A stretch of DNA of 64,000 nt from Phallusia mammillata. Taxonomy: Eukaryota. The stretch is taken from NCBI GenBank assembly GCA_965637545.1, contig OZ281497.1, forward strand, positions 14,880,001 through 14,944,000, read 5' to 3'. This document shows positions 61,301 to 64,000 of this stretch, piece by piece. Both the position numbers and the translations under genes were made by a program. The notes beneath the pieces were generated by a model that searched no databases, was not told the origin of the DNA, and worked only from the letters and a program-made list of their open reading frames with translations. The stretch's first letter is position 1, and each line of letters opens with the position of its first letter.

Positions 61301-64000
61301 AGTAAATAAAAAAAGTAAAATATATTTAGCTCAACAACAATACAACAACTTACCAGGCCTTTCCATTCCTGGTAACATGGGTTGTGGACCTGGGCCCTAC
61401 AAAAACACACACTGTTAACGCGCATCTAAATTTCTTGCACAAGTGTGTAGAAATACTGTTTTTACAGCTATTTGCTTTGTAAAACTACATACAAGGAGGT
61501 TAATAAAGTGGATGATAAAAAACTCACTTGCATTCCAGGTCTCGGCCCACCCGGAGGATATCGTGGGGACATGTAGGGCTGGAAAAGTAGAAGAAGTGAT
61601 ATAACCAAAACAGTAAGGTATATAGAGAGTGAAATTAATAGATTTGTAAATTAATAGATGGATAGTATGTCAAACTTAATATTTACCGTCACCAGTTTGT
61701 CAAAGACAAGTGGTATAGCGACATAGACATATCGTTCTTACCATGTCATTTATAACAGAAACTAGTGATATAATGACTATAATCACGTCCTATCTAATAG
61801 TGCCTTGGCTTGCCACGAATTTCGAACAGCACAATGGCGCCACCTAACGAACGTAACCAGGAGTATCAGTTTTCGCAAAACGTCACTAACGAGACTGGTT
61901 TTGAAATATAACCGCTAGATGTCGCAAAAGGGCTCCAAAATACATCGAACAGGCAGGCGGTTGTCTTTTATATCGCATAAATACAAAACCTACATTTTCT
62001 TTACATGACTTAGCAACACATTTGTGAAACAAAATAAGCGAAATTTTAACCACTTGTAATATATAGGTTGATTTGATAGTGGTGGTGAGCACACTAAAAA
62101 TATTGCAGTGGCCAAGCCTATCTTGTAAGACAATTACACACATAAATACATACACTTTTCATTTTAAAACTAGCATAAGAAAAAAAAATGCCATTCCAAG
62201 TTTGGTTTCTGGGTAACCAACGCGTTTATTGTACACAAGTATTTTAAAATGACAAATACAAAAGGTATAATTTACCTGTTGCCTCATCATGTGGTTGTTT
62301 GGGTTATGATGGGGGGAGGGGGAAGCAGCTGAACCAGGCTGAAAAATCAACAACAGAAAATGACAGCACATACCAAAATGTTGCAAACAAATAAGGTAAT
62401 ATTTAAATGAGGACAGCGAAACCTGCTGCTCTTTGTCCACACTAGTCTAAAAATGACACATGTTAAGATGTGTTTGGTTGCTATTACACTTATAAACACA
62501 ATGCCTACATATGATATCATTATTGAAAAAAAATTCTTAGTTCTTAAGTTGTTTTGAGAATAAATTTGGAAATGTATTTTTTTTTCAACAAAAAACATAT
62601 GAAATAAATTCTTACACACAACAAATAAGTTGAACATGGTGTGACAGAGAACTAAAATATGTTTAATCTGACCTGCAACCTTGTTTCAGTTGCACCACTC
62701 TGATTCAACAGTAAACAATAACTGATTCCTCATCATGTACTACTTACTAATGTAACAGCGCAACATGTAACTTTCTATTGACTACAATCAACATGGTTAC
62801 TAGAATTTTACAAAAAAATGTTTGCACCAGCATAAACACATGGGTCCCAAAACATTAAATATCTTCGGTAGCAGTATTACTAGAATTTTTTGTTAGCCAT
62901 TTTTACCTTTATCTATTAAAACCTAATGCCACTCATTTACGCAAACATTACCGTCAATAGGGAAATACATCTAAATTATATTTTTAAAACTGTTATAAGA
63001 ACCATTAATTTTCTATGCTCCCTTGTTGAAATTTTAAGGGCATGTTTGAAAACAGTCACAACTGTTGTAATAAACCCACATAAAAAAAGATAGACCGTGC
63101 ATTTAAGTGTACATTAAATCATTCATGTTATGCCAAGGTTATATGTAGACCTGCATATGTAGAAACTTTTCAATGGACATTATGGGCTAAAGGAGTATAA
63201 AAAAATACAACCAAAAATGTCAAACTGCTTTTAAAACTTTACCATAAACCACAATCATCATGAAAATCATGCTATTACCAATAATGAATTTTGTTCTTAA
63301 TTTTAAGAAACTGGAACATACACTACTATGACAAGCAATAAAATATTGTGCCACATGGGGAAGTAAAAATTGGAAAAAGGTTTGTACAAAAAAGGTTCAT
63401 GAATACAAGTGTTTTTTGTAATGACTGTTAAATGTACTAACCTAAAAAGAAAACATGTTTTTGTTCTTACAGAAACTTTGGTTACACATACACTAAACTT
63501 CTTACATTAAAATGCACTTGGTTGTTATTTTTTTTTCTTTATGGATGTTTGTTATGGTTCGGTAAAAAATGATCAATGGTTGACACTTGATTTTACACAA
63601 AACAGGAAAGTTCCTGGCAGTTTTACAACTAGTTTGAAATATTAATGCTATGACAACAGGATTAGGTAATTATAGGTCACACAAAAAATATGTGTCTGAG
63701 TTAACTGTGCATCAAAATAGAAAAAATATAATGTAAGTAATTTGACTCCATAAAGTGAGATACTCCAAACATAAAAGTTTTTTTTTTTCAATGGCATACA
63801 AAAATCTTTTTGAGTTGATGCTATTCTAATCATTATTATTTTTTAATAAAGTCAACAAACATGTATCAATTCAGAGGAAAAAATAGTCCATGAAAAATGT
63901 AAAAATGTAAAAAAAACAATTCATTTTATCAGAGGTGCTAAATGGTGCACAATCATTTTTTTATAAACTTGTTTTCTTACAGGAAAATATCCTGGAGGTA
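49695..64000 (-). CDS. ssdp: Single-stranded DNA-binding protein SSDP/SSBP2-4 family (LDB1/Chip partner), 3' part; the LUFS domain lies beyond the window
   Basis: Phase-consistent exons 64000-63981 (PPGYFP, partial), 62338-62276, 61578-61528 (PYMSPRYPPGGPRP), 61396-61354, 53069-52972 (RMVHPRGM), 52899-52838, 52770-52737 (GRWPNP), 52627-52576 (GPPTGGPPGNPIMRSP), 52174-52103, 51709-51651, 51412-51275 (MNGSG...MPK), 51097-50948 (SSPSNNM...PGGTP), 49829-49695 (ends MASV*). The Pro/Gly/Met motifs occur in the same order as in SSBP2/3. Confidence 0.92.
52326..52360. repeat. (AC)17 microsatellite in an ssdp intron
   Basis: Read directly from the sequence. Confidence 0.98.
60410..60694. mobile_element. 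hAT-type MITE, 285 bp, in the large ssdp intron
   Basis: 8-bp TIRs cagagttg / caactctg, flanks atccttcg / atcctcca (6 of 8 match), and an internal cluster of (A/G)GCCCG(A) subterminal motifs at about 60435-60520. Confidence 0.7.

Noticed and set aside
1-64000. tRNA, rRNA, SL RNA or snRNA genes
   Set aside because: I noticed no T-loop/D-loop or rRNA signature by eye; a tRNAscan-SE or Infernal run would be needed to exclude them fully.

Overview
This is eukaryotic, intron-rich, AT-rich and gene-dense DNA, not prokaryotic. Short introns, high gene density and patchy CpG depletion fit a compact invertebrate chordate genome such as an ascidian tunicate (inference only). I assembled spliced genes by hand from GT/AG sites and reading-frame phase. 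Recognisable genes: an NHL-repeat beta-propeller gene (minus, 16471 to at least 21712); fizzy-related FZR1/Cdh1 (minus, 10 coding exons, 543 aa); FAM183/CFAP144 (plus, 136 aa, with a GC-AG intron); EBP2/EBNA1BP2 (minus, 305 aa); a FAM166/CIMIP2-motif gene (minus, 196 aa); and the 3' part of ssdp/SSBP2-4 (minus, running off the right edge). At least two further multi-exon minus-strand genes have no identity I can assign. There are two structural highlights. (1) A 2967-bp tandem array (about 9.36-18.82 kb) triplicates the last two exons of the NHL gene. Its breakpoint falls inside an exon and shows microhomology plus templated insertion, and a diverged, exon-less fourth remnant lies next to it. 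(2) A foldback-like transposon (39251-44740) has long terminal inverted repeats built from modular 14/16/21-bp subrepeats, a symmetric 8-bp direct repeat (candidate TSD) and a decayed internal coding region. Its core appears twice across a 200-N gap, which may be an assembly artefact. There are also two clear and one weak hAT-type MITEs. I saw no CRISPR array, rRNA or tRNA.
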